From a virus: DNA of 64,000 nt. This document shows positions 1-10,077 of the stretch, piece after piece. Under the pieces are notes generated by a model that searched no databases, was not told where the DNA came from, and was given only the letters and a program-made list of their open reading frames with translations. The stretch's first letter is position 1. The number at the start of each line of letters is the position of its first letter. The stretch lies in the IMG/VR virus record IMGVR_UViG_3300025810_000004, positions 1 to 64,000 of that record. One strand, 5' to 3'. A program made the position numbers and the translations under genes.

Positions 1-2
1 AA

Positions 3-455
3 ATCTTCATGATATCCCACAGGTTCAGAGTCCAGATGGAATCTGTCCACGCCGCAGAGGATAAGGGATTCGTTCTGGACCGATGTTTCCACGAAGACAA
101 AGTGTTTGCCGAGGTCAACCACGAAATGGGAAACATAAGCGACAGAGACTGGGACACGTACTTGCACCTATACGATAGTTTCTGTCGCATAGCGCCACCA
201 CCAGAAGTGATAGTGTACCTGAAAACAGAACCCAGCGTAGCTTTAGGGAGGATAAAATCCCGTGGCAGAAGCTCCGAGCAAGGTATAACCCAAGAGTACA
301 TGGAGAGACTTGATAGGGCCTACGACAGGTGGACTGCTTTTATGGCTCAAAGAACCAAAGTCTTGGTGTTCCCCTGGGACGACTACAGCACACCTGGGGC
401 ACCAGCAGTAGTGGAAACCTTGAAAGACTACACTCTCAAAAGAGAAGTCTTTTAG
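3..455 (+). CDS. Deoxynucleoside kinase (dNK family), 5'-truncated by the window edge
   Basis: Motifs LDRC..ED..F, lid IVYL...P..AL.RIKSRGR..E and Y...L...Y..W; frame is open to the window start. Confidence 0.8.
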   Translation: MFMISHRFRVQMESVHAAEDKGFVLDRCFHEDKVFAEVNHEMGNISDRDWDTYLHLYDSFCRIAPPPEVIVYLKTEPSVALGRIKSRGRSSEQGITQEYMERLDRAYDRWTAFMAQRTKVLVFPWDDYSTPGAPAVVETLKDYTLKREVF

Positions 456-805
456 GGGAGCGTCTTTATGACTTTGAAAACTTCATAAACAGTCGTTTCC
501 TCTATGAGGGAAACTTTGTTACAAATGGGGCATTCCACATCACTGGGGTAATCGTTCTCTTCAACGCAGAACTCAGGCCACACGTATCCGCAGAGTGTAC
601 ATTTAGGGGCCCCCCACTCTTCAAGGTACCCCCTGTCGCACAGGGCATAAAGAGTGGAGTCCATTGACTTCTGGTCTACATTGTACAATTTGGAAATTTG
701 TACAGAAGTAAAAAAGCCATTTCCAAGGATTCTTCCCAAATCCCTGGGGTATATGGGATTGCCTACCTCAGTCATTTTCCTTGGTTTCCAAGAAATATTC
801 GCCAT
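452..805 (-). CDS. Hypothetical protein with HTH-like N-part and Zn ribbon
   Basis: CTLC and CPIC cysteine pairs; last gene of the leftward operon. Confidence 0.6.
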   Translation of the reverse strand: MANISWKPRKMTEVGNPIYPRDLGRILGNGFFTSVQISKLYNVDQKSMDSTLYALCDRGYLEEWGAPKCTLCGYVWPEFCVEENDYPSDVECPICNKVSLIEETTVYEVFKVIKTLP

Positions 806-1265
806 CTTCGTCTTCTTCGGTGTTATGATCGTGGTCTTCTCCGTCCCAATCAGGGCGGTTGGGGTCTCCCCCCAGGACGCTAATGGTTTCTTCCCAAGAG
901 GGAGCTTCCTGCCCGTTCATAACCATGAGTCGGGTTTGTGGGTCGAGAGGACCTAGCTCTATACCGTACATGTGTGTCACACCTTGGGGGATGGGCGCTT
1001 GGTGAAAGCGATTGTGTACAGCTTCCAAGGCTTGGATTTGCCCTTTGAGGACATCAGCTTCAGATTGTAAAACCCTTTGGGCGTCCTCAAGTGATCTTTC
1101 TATGCTCTTCACTTCGTCTATAACGCCAGCTTCAGCCAAAACTTGGTCTGTCCTGGAACTGGCTTCACGTTTAAGATTTCTGAATTGCTGGGGTATCTCA
1201 GAGAGTCTGACCCTGGCTGACTCTATGGCTTTTTCTATGAATTTTGGTTCTTCCATTAGGACCAC
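768..1265 (-). CDS. Hypothetical coiled-coil protein with acidic tail
   Basis: Overlaps neighbours in the operon; helical composition. Confidence 0.6.
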   Translation of the reverse strand: MVLMEEPKFIEKAIESARVRLSEIPQQFRNLKREASSRTDQVLAEAGVIDEVKSIERSLEDAQRVLQSEADVLKGQIQALEAVHNRFHQAPIPQGVTHMYGIELGPLDPQTRLMVMNGQEAPSWEETISVLGGDPNRPDWDGEDHDHNTEEDEDGEYFLETKEND

Positions 1266-2158
1266 CCCCCTGGTTTGACAAATGAAGTTTTTATACCCGC
1301 GTTGGACCCAGGTTGGGACTCCGCTGCTGTGATCCTACCCTGTTCGTCCACAGTGATAGTGGCATTCTGGTAAGTGGCTGCGGTTACCCCAGTGTCGGTC
1401 ATTTTGACCTCAACCGAGTTCCCAGCTCCGTTGTCCGTTATCTCTATACCTGTCCCTGCATTGAGAGTGCGAGCGTTAGGGAGGCTGGCATCTGCTGAAA
1501 GGGTTACGTACTCTGCGGTGTCTGGTGCACCTGCCCCATCCCCAGCGGTCTTTCCGACATACCGGAAGCCGGTTATATACGGAGTGAAAGTGGCGGGCGT
1601 TATCCCCGTGACCGTGAAGAAGTCAGCCGAGAACAGAAGCAGGCCATTGGCATAATTGAATGTCCACCCTACTGTTTTGTTTGACCCCGTGCCTGTAGTT
1701 CCCTCGGTGGTGGTTACCATGACCCCACCGGCACCAGGATCTCCGTTGTACAGGTAGATGGCGTAGCCGTTGCTTGGAGCCCCGCTGGCCTGCTGCACCA
1801 ACTGTGGGAGAAGCCAGTTCTTGATCTGGTCCGAGGATGCGTCTCCCGGCGTGGTATAGGCGGCGTAGGTCGAGAAATTGGTTCCCGGCACCAGCGTCAT
1901 CTGTACCGCGTCTGCATCAGCAGATAGGTCTTGAATCAAATCAGAATTTGATGCCGCGTTAGACTGGGCCTGACTCCGGTTGGCTGCTGTAAGACCACGG
2001 AGTCTGGACATCTCCGTCCAGACCTGTTCTGCTGACAAGATGAAGGTGAACGGAAAGAAGACCTCATACCAGACCGCATTCGGGTTGGCGTCTACCACCC
2101 CTGCTTGGAGTGCTTTAGCCGCGATGTTGATCCGTTCCAGTTGGCTGAAACCCATCAT
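1256..2158 (-). CDS. Virion fibre-like structural protein
   Basis: C-terminal tail-fibre motif TGVTAATY..ATITVDEQGRITAA; G/T/A-rich. Confidence 0.65.
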   Translation of the reverse strand: MMGFSQLERINIAAKALQAGVVDANPNAVWYEVFFPFTFILSAEQVWTEMSRLRGLTAANRSQAQSNAASNSDLIQDLSADADAVQMTLVPGTNFSTYAAYTTPGDASSDQIKNWLLPQLVQQASGAPSNGYAIYLYNGDPGAGGVMVTTTEGTTGTGSNKTVGWTFNYANGLLLFSADFFTVTGITPATFTPYITGFRYVGKTAGDGAGAPDTAEYVTLSADASLPNARTLNAGTGIEITDNGAGNSVEVKMTDTGVTAATYQNATITVDEQGRITAAESQPGSNAGIKTSFVKPGGWS

Positions 2159-2475
2159 TCACCCCCTGTCTCAGCCATATACTGCCCAATGACAGGCATG
2201 ACCTCTGATTCAGTGAGTCGGTACACGCTTCGGGTGTGCATCCCAGTTTGTACGGAGAGGGAGAAGAAGTTGTCCGAGGGACGAAATTTAGCCTTTACTG
2301 CCATACAGCCGTCATAGACGGTAGACTTCTCCCACATGGCTTTCGCGACGTACTTGAAGTCACGATCCAACAGTGTGATTTCGTCCACTCGACCTTCCGA
2401 GGTGGCGACAGAGATCTTAACCACTTGGGTTTCTGTGTCTCGGATGATGCGGAGGGTTTGGCTGAAAAGGGACAT
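2155..2475 (-). CDS. Hypothetical protein
   Basis: ATGA-type overlap with the downstream gene. Confidence 0.6.
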   Translation of the reverse strand: MSLFSQTLRIIRDTETQVVKISVATSEGRVDEITLLDRDFKYVAKAMWEKSTVYDGCMAVKAKFRPSDNFFSLSVQTGMHTRSVYRLTESEVMPVIGQYMAETGGE

Positions 2476-2483
2476 TTTAGACC

Positions 2484-4535
2484 TCAGATGAACGACACAA
2501 CCATAGAGTCGAGTTTGATGCCGGGGTTTGCGATCTCAATCTCCACGTATACCCCGTTCTCGCAGGAGAACCCCCCGAAGGTGACGTTGATGGTGTTGCC
2601 ACTGGACGTGGACTCTCGGATGTAAGACCCCACCACAGTTGCACCGTCATCGAAGGTTGCGAAGTTGTATAACCCCCCGTGAACCCGTAGAGGGTTCGCG
2701 GTTGGGCCCGCTCCTCCACCTGTGGCCGACGCTCTTCTTCTGATGTAGATGCGAAGGTCTTCAGCAGCGAGGTCGGCAACGGCGTTCCCAAGGAACGTCC
2801 CAGCGAGGTTCAGGGTCATGCTAGACCTGTTGGTTCCTGCTGTGTCCACGAACGTCCGGTAATAAGATACCGTGCCCCCGAGAGCCGTATAATCGGGCCC
2901 CCCAGTAGGGTTGTATACGCTCCAGTCTACTATAGGACCCTGGTTGGGGGTCTGGATGCGGCCTTCGCACACCAGGGCTTCACCCGGCACAAGAGTAGTG
3001 ACGCTGTTCCAGTTCCCCGCCGTGGTGCCGCCGTTGTATCCAGAATCCTGTCTACGATCCTCGTCATTGAAGTACTCAGCGGTGTTCGTGCTGCTGACTC
3101 CATAAGTATCCACGACCATCGGGAAAGCGGGGCTGGCGACTGAATTTCCTGAGGCCCACGTGTCTCGTGCTTGTGCGGTGGCGACGAGACCAACACCCAT
3201 GAGGCGGTAATTGCTCCCGGTCAACCCCCAGTCGTCCTTGGAGTAGGTGACCCCATCCACGGTGTTCACGTTCGTCCATCCCGAGAAATCAACAGACCCG
3301 GATCCGAATGGTGACTGGTTCAGCGTGGGGAGTCTGCTGCCCACGCCTGAAGGGATGATGCTCAGGTTGTTCGATGTCCGAGCCGTGTTCCGCATCAACT
3401 GGTCCACCCCAGTGACCCCAACGGTGAATTGGCTTCCGGTGTTGTAGTAGACCACGCCTGACAGATACCGGGTGGTTACTTGCCCTGCAGTCTCCGTGGT
3501 GCTCGTCGTCCCGCTTATGGACGGGGTGGTGGGATTGGAATCAACGAACACATCACCCTGGGTGTAAGTGTAGGGGCCAGAACCGTCTGTCACTGTGTCT
3601 GGGGTCATGGAGGCTTCGATGTGATAGCGGCCTCCTTGCAGGCCCAGCCCCGTGAGGATGTCGTTCGCGAACACGGTTATGGACATCCGGGCCTTCTGGC
3701 GAGCCGGATAGTTGGGATCGTCAACCCCGAAGTTAGAAATCGTGAAGACGATGAACCCTGATGGAGAGGTGTGGGTCGCATCGCCCGTCAGCACGGGGGT
3801 CGTGTAGGTGTCAATGACCGTGGTCCCGTCCGCGTCGTAGACCGTGGCGCTGGCTGTGGCATCCCCGCCGTAGCCTGTGGTGTCTCCTCCGGTCGATAGG
3901 AGAGCCGCAGCAGCCAGCGTGGTGCTCTGGTTGGTCCCTGCCCACCCGCCCGTCTTGAACGGGACACCTTCTCCCCCAGAGGGGGTTGAGATTCGAGTCG
4001 TAGAACGCGAGATGCCGTCGGACACCGACTGATTGCCAGTGTCTCCGTCGCTGGTGTTCCAATGGGAAGCATAAGTCGGCGGTGGTGGTGGGGGGAGTGG
4101 CGGAACGTAGACGGTTGCCACACCACCCACGTCGAGAACTTCAACTTCAGCTCCAACGAAGTTGACGACGGTGAAGGTGCCCAAGGACACCCCCTCGTCT
4201 TGGATTTCAACCGCGCCACTCCCCGACTCAAAAGGGTCCACCTCCTGCTCTACAACTATATCGTTCCCGGTAACAGGGTCTACCCCTGTCATGACACCGT
4301 AGACTTGGTCTGCGGGAGTCAAAGTTCCAGGGATGGTCACAGTGTGTGCATACCTGCCGGGGTCACCACCCACTGCAGACATGGCTGTTCCAGCCACTGT
4401 TATGGTCTGTTTGGATCCAAGGTTATCGAAGTAGAAAACCTCTATGGACACACTGGTTGGAGTTATTGGGTTATCGTCAGAGTCCAGGAACAGAACCGTA
4501 AAGGTGAAAGGCTGGCCTATTATACCTTTAGCCAT
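2484..4535 (-). CDS. Large G/T/S-rich virion structural protein
   Basis: 683 aa, beta-strand-rich composition, poly-Pro linker separating an N-terminal domain. Confidence 0.6.
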   Translation of the reverse strand: MAKGIIGQPFTFTVLFLDSDDNPITPTSVSIEVFYFDNLGSKQTITVAGTAMSAVGGDPGRYAHTVTIPGTLTPADQVYGVMTGVDPVTGNDIVVEQEVDPFESGSGAVEIQDEGVSLGTFTVVNFVGAEVEVLDVGGVATVYVPPLPPPPPPTYASHWNTSDGDTGNQSVSDGISRSTTRISTPSGGEGVPFKTGGWAGTNQSTTLAAAALLSTGGDTTGYGGDATASATVYDADGTTVIDTYTTPVLTGDATHTSPSGFIVFTISNFGVDDPNYPARQKARMSITVFANDILTGLGLQGGRYHIEASMTPDTVTDGSGPYTYTQGDVFVDSNPTTPSISGTTSTTETAGQVTTRYLSGVVYYNTGSQFTVGVTGVDQLMRNTARTSNNLSIIPSGVGSRLPTLNQSPFGSGSVDFSGWTNVNTVDGVTYSKDDWGLTGSNYRLMGVGLVATAQARDTWASGNSVASPAFPMVVDTYGVSSTNTAEYFNDEDRRQDSGYNGGTTAGNWNSVTTLVPGEALVCEGRIQTPNQGPIVDWSVYNPTGGPDYTALGGTVSYYRTFVDTAGTNRSSMTLNLAGTFLGNAVADLAAEDLRIYIRRRASATGGGAGPTANPLRVHGGLYNFATFDDGATVVGSYIRESTSSGNTINVTFGGFSCENGVYVEIEIANPGIKLDSMVVSFI

Positions 4536-4538
4536 TTC

Positions 4539-4703
4539 TTATCTCTCCTTCACGCGCTGTGATTCCCACTCTTTTTCAGTCACCCATTTTTCCCCGTCCC
4601 AAATCTTCCCGTCTTTCATATCCCCGACTTCAGGGGAAAGCAGAGATTGTGGCTCCAAGGATATGGGCTGGGTGACCCCCAAACTTCTTTTCATAAATGC
4701 CAT
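4539..4703 (-). CDS. Small 54-aa protein (MAFMKRSLG...WDGEKW...), absent from the ORF track
   Basis: Translated by hand; AGGAG RBS upstream; stop lies 3 nt before the next start; preceded by promoter motif A. Confidence 0.65.
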   Translation of the reverse strand: MAFMKRSLGVTQPISLEPQSLLSPEVGDMKDGKIWDGEKWVTEKEWESQRVKER

Positions 4704-4728
4704 AACTTTCTCCTAATTACACCATACT

Positions 4729-4776
4729 CTATAAATTGGTGAACGGGTGGGGGGTTTTGCGTTAGGACTTTAATAG
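4729..4776. promoter_or_regulatory. Divergent pair of motif-A (putative late) promoters
   Basis: Minus strand CGTTCA-N6-TATAG (4729-4745) and plus strand CGTTAG-N6-AATAG (4760-4776). Confidence 0.5.
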
Positions 4777-4883
4777 GGCAAAACAAAATGTAGAAGTCCA
4801 GGTAACTGGAAAGTCTTCCCGCGCTTCGCCCGACTCCGCCCGACTTCGCCGTCTCACTACAAAATCCTCTTAGGAGAATTATC

Positions 4884-7631
4884 ATGGCAGCTCAGACCAA
4901 TAACCTCATGTTGCTCGATCTTACTTCGGGCATCCCCCGTACGATCGATAGCAGCAACGATAGCATCGAAATCGGTGTCCCCCTTGCTGTAAACGCAGAC
5001 ATGTCCGTTGGCGGCGACCTCACTGTCCAGGGCGACATCGTCTCCCGTGGCCAGGTTGATGTGGTCATCCAGGACAGCTTCCTGGACCTCGGCTTCGGCA
5101 ACTCGACGGATGTCGCCTCTGCTGGTGGTTTCACCGTCAGCATGAACCGCAACTCCGGCTTCACCGCTGGTACCGTCACCGCGTTCACCGCGAACTCCGG
5201 TTCTGGCGCTTCTTTCACCTACACCGACGCAACCGGCTCCACGCTGCTTGTGGCTGGTGACGTGGTCGCAATCAAGGATGCTGGCGACGGCGAGAACGAT
5301 GGTATCTACATCGTCGACTCGGTGGACCAGGCTTCCTTCCCGCAGGCTGTCATCGTCAAGGGTGCTGGCTCCGCTGGCGCAATCAGCGGCGACTGCCCCT
5401 GGGCCCAGAACGCATTCAAGACCGCTACCAGCCAGACCGCTTCGGCCTACAAGATCGACCTCGCTGTAGTCGCACTCGCTGACGGTGTGAACTTCGACCA
5501 GGGTAGCGGTAGCCCCTGGCCCAAGGGCACCTTCGTCACGGCCTACGAGGCGAACGCCACCATGGCGGCCTTCGAAGTCAACGGTGCCTACGCAAGCGTT
5601 GGTGAGGTTGACCTCCAGGAAGCATACGCCACCGGCAACGTGATCAACACTTCCGGTGCAAACGGCGTCGTGTCGATCACTGGCGACCAGAGCCTCAACG
5701 TCTCCGCCAACGGTGGTATCATCGCTGGCGGCGCTGGCCTCCAGGTCACTGGCACGCTCCTCAACGTCGACACTTCTGTTGACGTCGACCTGACGGGTGC
5801 CTTCACTGTCGATGGCAACCAGGCTGTCAGCTTCGGTTCGGCTGCTCAGGTTGCTTCTTACAGCGTCGACACCGTGGGTGCCTTCAGCGTTCTCGCTGAC
5901 GCCGCTTCCTCGGTTCGCGTTGATGGTGCCAACCTGACGATGCAGACCGCTACCAGCGGCTCGATCATCGCCAACTCGGCTGGTGACTTCGACGTGATCG
6001 CCGGAATCATGGACGTCAACCTGACTGGCGCTCTTGAGATCGATGCAGCTGCTGCTTCCAACATCACTGTTGACGGTGCTGATCTCGCCATCGCTACCAC
6101 CACCAGTGGTAGCCTGGTTCTCGACGCTGTTGCACTGATGGACATGAACGCTGGCGCGGGAATGGACATCGACGTGACCGGCGCGTTCGATATGCTCTCC
6201 AGCGGTGCGTTCAGCATCGACGGTTCGGGCAACTCGAACGTCTCGGCCACCAGCGGCAACCTGTCCCTGGAGACCATCACTGGCGGTAACGTCGACATCA
6301 ACTCCGCTGGCGACATCACTGCTGACGGTGGTAAGGTCGACATCACTGCTACCGGCGCAATTGAGCTGGACAGTGCTGCGAACTCCTGGTTCAAGGCCAC
6401 TGGTGCTGACCTGACCATGCAGACGGTCACTTCCGGAACCCTGCTGATCGATTCGGCTGGTATCCTGGACGTGAACGCTGCAAGCATGGACATGGACAGT
6501 GCTGGCGCTGTGCAGATCGACGCTGCTGCTGGTTCCCACTTTGAGGTGGCTGGTGCCGACCTCATCATGGGTACCAACACTTCCGGCAAGCTCCAGCTGA
6601 AGGCTGCGGGTCTGCTCGACATCGATGCTGGCGCAAACGCCGACATCGACGTCACCGGAAACGTGGAGCTGGATGCGACGGGCCTGATCAGCCTCGATGG
6701 TGTTGGTAACTCCAACCTCACCACCGACTCTGGCAACCTGACGCTCTCGACCTCGACCAGCGGCAACCTCGTCGCCAACTCGGCTGGAACCCTGGACTTC
6801 GACGCTGCGGCGGCGATCACCATCGACAGCGCCAACAACGGCGTCTCCATCGATGCGGCTCAGGCTTCCAACTTCAGCACGGCTGCTGGCGCTCTGACGC
6901 TGGACGGTGCTGGCGGTGTCAACATCGCCGGTAACGCTGCTGAGATCGACGTCACCACTTCTGGTGCCCTCGACCTCAACTCCGGCGCTGGTACTTGGAA
7001 CGCTTCTACGCTGATTGTGGAAGGCTCGGACAACGTCACTATCGAGTCCTTCGCCAACGATGGAGCCGACAAGGCTCTGACCCTGCGTGCTCAGAACGCT
7101 GGCGGTGGTAAGGGTCTTCTGACGCTCCGTGCGGACAACGAAATCACGATTGGTGATGCTGGAGACACCGACAGCAACATCTTCGCTGAGCGTTTTGTTA
7201 CGCTGAAGCGCTCGGCTGGTATGATCGGCGAAATCGCTGGTGAGTCCTTGGCCCAGGGTGATAGCATTGTGGCAAAGTGGGACGCTGGAAACAGCGAACT
7301 GCGGTGGTACAAGGCCGACGCCAATGCTGCTGACGACAACGACCGTGCCGTCCATGGTATCGCCGTTGCTGCTGCCGCTGCCGCTGGTAACTCCGTCGAT
7401 GTGGCCTCTGTCCTTGGTACCCAGATGGTTACCAAGCTCAGTGGTCTGGCTGGAACCGATTCTGGAAAGCCGATCTACCTCAGCGCCACTGCTGGTGACC
7501 TGACGCTCACCCCGCCCACGGGCAACGGAAACACCGTGTTCCGCGTCGGGTACGTCTTGTCCCACAATGGTGGTCCCTCTGGTGTAGCTATGATGCTCTT
7601 CAGCCCGCAGTTCATCGCGAAGCGCCCCTAA
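4884..7631 (+). CDS. Long repetitive fibre/beta-helix virion protein with C-terminal DUF2190/cement-like domain
   Basis: 915 aa with about six imperfect repeats (GADLTMQTxTSGxLxxxSAG); AGGAG RBS; strongly C/T-ending codons. Confidence 0.7.
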   Translation: MAAQTNNLMLLDLTSGIPRTIDSSNDSIEIGVPLAVNADMSVGGDLTVQGDIVSRGQVDVVIQDSFLDLGFGNSTDVASAGGFTVSMNRNSGFTAGTVTAFTANSGSGASFTYTDATGSTLLVAGDVVAIKDAGDGENDGIYIVDSVDQASFPQAVIVKGAGSAGAISGDCPWAQNAFKTATSQTASAYKIDLAVVALADGVNFDQGSGSPWPKGTFVTAYEANATMAAFEVNGAYASVGEVDLQEAYATGNVINTSGANGVVSITGDQSLNVSANGGIIAGGAGLQVTGTLLNVDTSVDVDLTGAFTVDGNQAVSFGSAAQVASYSVDTVGAFSVLADAASSVRVDGANLTMQTATSGSIIANSAGDFDVIAGIMDVNLTGALEIDAAAASNITVDGADLAIATTTSGSLVLDAVALMDMNAGAGMDIDVTGAFDMLSSGAFSIDGSGNSNVSATSGNLSLETITGGNVDINSAGDITADGGKVDITATGAIELDSAANSWFKATGADLTMQTVTSGTLLIDSAGILDVNAASMDMDSAGAVQIDAAAGSHFEVAGADLIMGTNTSGKLQLKAAGLLDIDAGANADIDVTGNVELDATGLISLDGVGNSNLTTDSGNLTLSTSTSGNLVANSAGTLDFDAAAAITIDSANNGVSIDAAQASNFSTAAGALTLDGAGGVNIAGNAAEIDVTTSGALDLNSGAGTWNASTLIVEGSDNVTIESFANDGADKALTLRAQNAGGGKGLLTLRADNEITIGDAGDTDSNIFAERFVTLKRSAGMIGEIAGESLAQGDSIVAKWDAGNSELRWYKADANAADDNDRAVHGIAVAAAAAAGNSVDVASVLGTQMVTKLSGLAGTDSGKPIYLSATAGDLTLTPPTGNGNTVFRVGYVLSHNGGPSGVAMMLFSPQFIAKRP

Positions 7632-7667
7632 TCTGATGGGCTGGTCTTAGACCAGAACGTTCCCATG

Positions 7668-7702
7668 CTACCCCCCTTGATTCTTGCAATCAAGGGGGGT
7701 AG
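7668..7702 (+). terminator. Hairpin terminator after the fibre gene
   Basis: Perfect 15-bp stem ctaccccccttgatt/aatcaaggggggtag, 5-nt loop, followed by ttcgtattt. Confidence 0.75.
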
Positions 7703-7767
7703 TTCGTATTTGGGGTCGGCGCGTTAACGGGTAAACTCTTTATAGGACGCGGGTTAAGGAGGTTTTC

Positions 7768-8229
7768 ATGAATAAAGAAAAGAGAATTTTCATGGGGATT
7801 GGGGATGCCATTCTCCGCCTTATGCACGTCGAAAGAATGTACGCCGACGGTGTTGACCCCGGTGCAGAATTGGTGGCAGAAAGAAATTTAATAGTCCAAG
7901 CTTTGAACCAGCAGTACACTCTGGACCTGGGTATGGATTGTGACGAGGACGGCATACCGGATGCCGTGGACAAAGACTTCAAAGAGCCTGGAGGGGTAAA
8001 CTTCCTGCAGGTAGCGGCTAAGACGTCTTGCTGTAGAATAAAGTACGACGAAGATCCAAAGGCCCCGTCTGAACAAACCGTTCCGTCTGAAATTGAACCC
8101 AAAATCCCCAAAAAAGTCAGAAAGAATTCCAGTAGGACCTCAAGAGGGTCCAGCAGGGCTCCAAAGAAGGACTCCAGTAAGAGTAAGGGATTCGTATCCA
8201 ACCTTTTCGGCTCCAACAAAGAGGACTGA
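7768..8229 (+). CDS. Hypothetical protein with DxDxDG Ca-binding-like motif and basic tail
   Basis: DCDEDGIPD; AAGGAGG RBS; motif A at 7729-7745. Confidence 0.6.
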   Translation: MNKEKRIFMGIGDAILRLMHVERMYADGVDPGAELVAERNLIVQALNQQYTLDLGMDCDEDGIPDAVDKDFKEPGGVNFLQVAAKTSCCRIKYDEDPKAPSEQTVPSEIEPKIPKKVRKNSSRTSRGSSRAPKKDSSKSKGFVSNLFGSNKED

Positions 8230-8232
8230 CCC

Positions 8233-8562
8233 ATGAACACTATGGTATTTCTGCTGGCAGCATATGGCCTGTGCTTCGCTATCATGAACGACAAGATCAA
8301 ATGGTTCACTGACCCTTTGAAGAATCTCCGGCTGTTTCTTGATGACAACGATGCCACGTTTTTCCAACGGATGTTCGTGTGTGCCTACTGCACTGGGTTC
8401 CACTGTGGTTGGGTAATATGGTGTGTTGGGGCTCTACCCCACTTTCTAATGTCCTCAGAGTACGCAGTATGGGCTATGGTAGCTGACGCAATTCCATTCG
8501 CTTTCGCTTCCTCGGCATTCTGCTACGCGTTGGACACCATCGTACAATGGTTCGAAGAATGA
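8233..8562 (+). CDS. Small membrane protein, DUF1360-like
   Basis: Hydrophobic helices with a CAYCTGFH motif. Confidence 0.5.
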   Translation: MNTMVFLLAAYGLCFAIMNDKIKWFTDPLKNLRLFLDDNDATFFQRMFVCAYCTGFHCGWVIWCVGALPHFLMSSEYAVWAMVADAIPFAFASSAFCYALDTIVQWFEE

Positions 8563-8837
8563 AGTCCAAAAATGTTGAGTGTGGAGTAGACTCAGGAAGT
8601 AATTTGTACGGAGAGTACGCCAACGCTTTCAGAGTCATGGTGGACGGTACAGACGCTATCCTAGACTTCTGTGTTTATTCAGAGCAAGACAACAGTGCCG
8701 TGGTGGTGTCCAGGATAAGGGTTGCCCCAAACTTTCTGGAAGTGGTCCTGGAAAGATTGCAGCAGGCTCTCACGCTTCGTGAGGCCCCCAGCACCAGCAA
8801 AATATACGTCATGCCAGAATTGGAAGGAGATAACTGA
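8559..8837 (+). CDS. DUF3467-like small protein
   Basis: YANAF...LDF...VVSRIRV.P pattern; ATGA overlap with the upstream gene. Confidence 0.5.
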   Translation: MKSKNVECGVDSGSNLYGEYANAFRVMVDGTDAILDFCVYSEQDNSAVVVSRIRVAPNFLEVVLERLQQALTLREAPSTSKIYVMPELEGDN

Positions 8838-9253
8838 TGCCCATAGGACGCCGAAGGCTTATAACTGAGTCTTATGGGGCTCTGATTGTACCAGGAGCCA
8901 CAGCCAATGGTGCTGTAAGGGCTGGGGCGGCGGTTGCTTTGGTGTCCATAACTGGGAATCAGAAGTTGGTTGAATGCAGTTCCTCTTCTTATTTCGAAGA
9001 ATTTCTGGGGTTTGCGAAAATAGCCGTAGCTGACGGGGAACCCGTTCCGGTGGTAACCATCAGGGGGTCTATGATAGAGCCCATAATCGAAGGGGGAGGG
9101 GCTCTCACTCCCAATGACCCCGTTTTTCTATCCCCTACTTTGGGGGAAATAACACAGATTCCGCCAACGACGGGTATGGTTTTAAGACTCGGGGAGTCCA
9201 TATCCCCTGCCCAAATCTTCTTCAACACAGATCAGAGAATACTCATACCTTAG
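8837..9253 (+). CDS. DUF2190/capsid-cement-like protein
   Basis: G.A...ADGE.V.V and PVFLS.T.G.IT..PP...V.R.G resemble the C-terminus of 4884..7631. Confidence 0.5.
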   Translation: MPIGRRRLITESYGALIVPGATANGAVRAGAAVALVSITGNQKLVECSSSSYFEEFLGFAKIAVADGEPVPVVTIRGSMIEPIIEGGGALTPNDPVFLSPTLGEITQIPPTTGMVLRLGESISPAQIFFNTDQRILIP

Positions 9254-9263
9254 AGGGAAACCG

Positions 9264-10031
9264 ATGGGAACGTTCAGAACTTATGTGGTAAAGTCACCTG
9301 TCATCCACCTTGGAAATTCGGGGGTCTCCCTCAAGAAGGGTCAGACCGTAGAGAGCGACGGGCTGGTGGTGAAGGTTGACGACAGAGAGCTGAAAGTCCC
9401 TGCCTTCAACGGTGCGATCAAGGCTGGGTGGCTGGTCCCTGACGACGGGAAGCCCCTTGCCCCTGAACACACCCCTGCCCCTGTCGCAGAGAAGAAGTAC
9501 AAGACCATCAAGGAAGAGGACTCAGAAGTCCGTCCCGTCCACAGAGAGGTGGCGACGGAGATAGGTCAGCAGGACGAAAGGGTCGTGGCGCGAATCAAGA
9601 CGTCCGCAAAGGCCGACAGGGTAGAGGTCGGTGTGAACGACAAGGCAGTGGTGAAGGACATCGAGAAGTCTCCCCTCAAGGTTGAGAGGGTCGCCAAGGC
9701 CACCGGGGACGTGGAAGAGACAAAGGTGGGGGACTCGCTGGAAGAAGTGCTCCCCGCTGCCGAGGTGGCCGGGAAGTTCGAGGACCTCGTGGTGGAACCG
9801 GAAGTCCCGGAACCGAAGAAGAAGGAGACCTTCAAGGATTCCGAAATCCGTCGGTACAAGGCCGAAGTGCTGAAGGTCGTGTACCCAGAGGTGGGATACG
9901 ACTACGCTGCTGCGTGGAGAACGCGGGTGAAGGTCATTTTGGCTTCGTGTAAGGATGACCCCACCATGATGAAGGCTTTCCTGAGCATAGAGCTTCCCAC
10001 CGTGGTGAAGGAAGTCAAGAGACGCCTCTGA
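9264..10031 (+). CDS. Hypothetical protein
   Basis: 255-aa charged ORF in the operon. Confidence 0.65.
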   Translation: MGTFRTYVVKSPVIHLGNSGVSLKKGQTVESDGLVVKVDDRELKVPAFNGAIKAGWLVPDDGKPLAPEHTPAPVAEKKYKTIKEEDSEVRPVHREVATEIGQQDERVVARIKTSAKADRVEVGVNDKAVVKDIEKSPLKVERVAKATGDVEETKVGDSLEEVLPAAEVAGKFEDLVVEPEVPEPKKKETFKDSEIRRYKAEVLKVVYPEVGYDYAAAWRTRVKVILASCKDDPTMMKAFLSIELPTVVKEVKRRL

Positions 10032-10077
10032 GGCGTTAGACTGCCTATAACTCGTGCAATCAAGGAGGAAATGACCT

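Noticed and set aside
4857-7565. 902-aa minus-strand ORF
   Set aside because: Antisense shadow of the codon-biased fibre gene 4884..7631, which has the RBS, promoter motif and terminator; no recognisable motifs.
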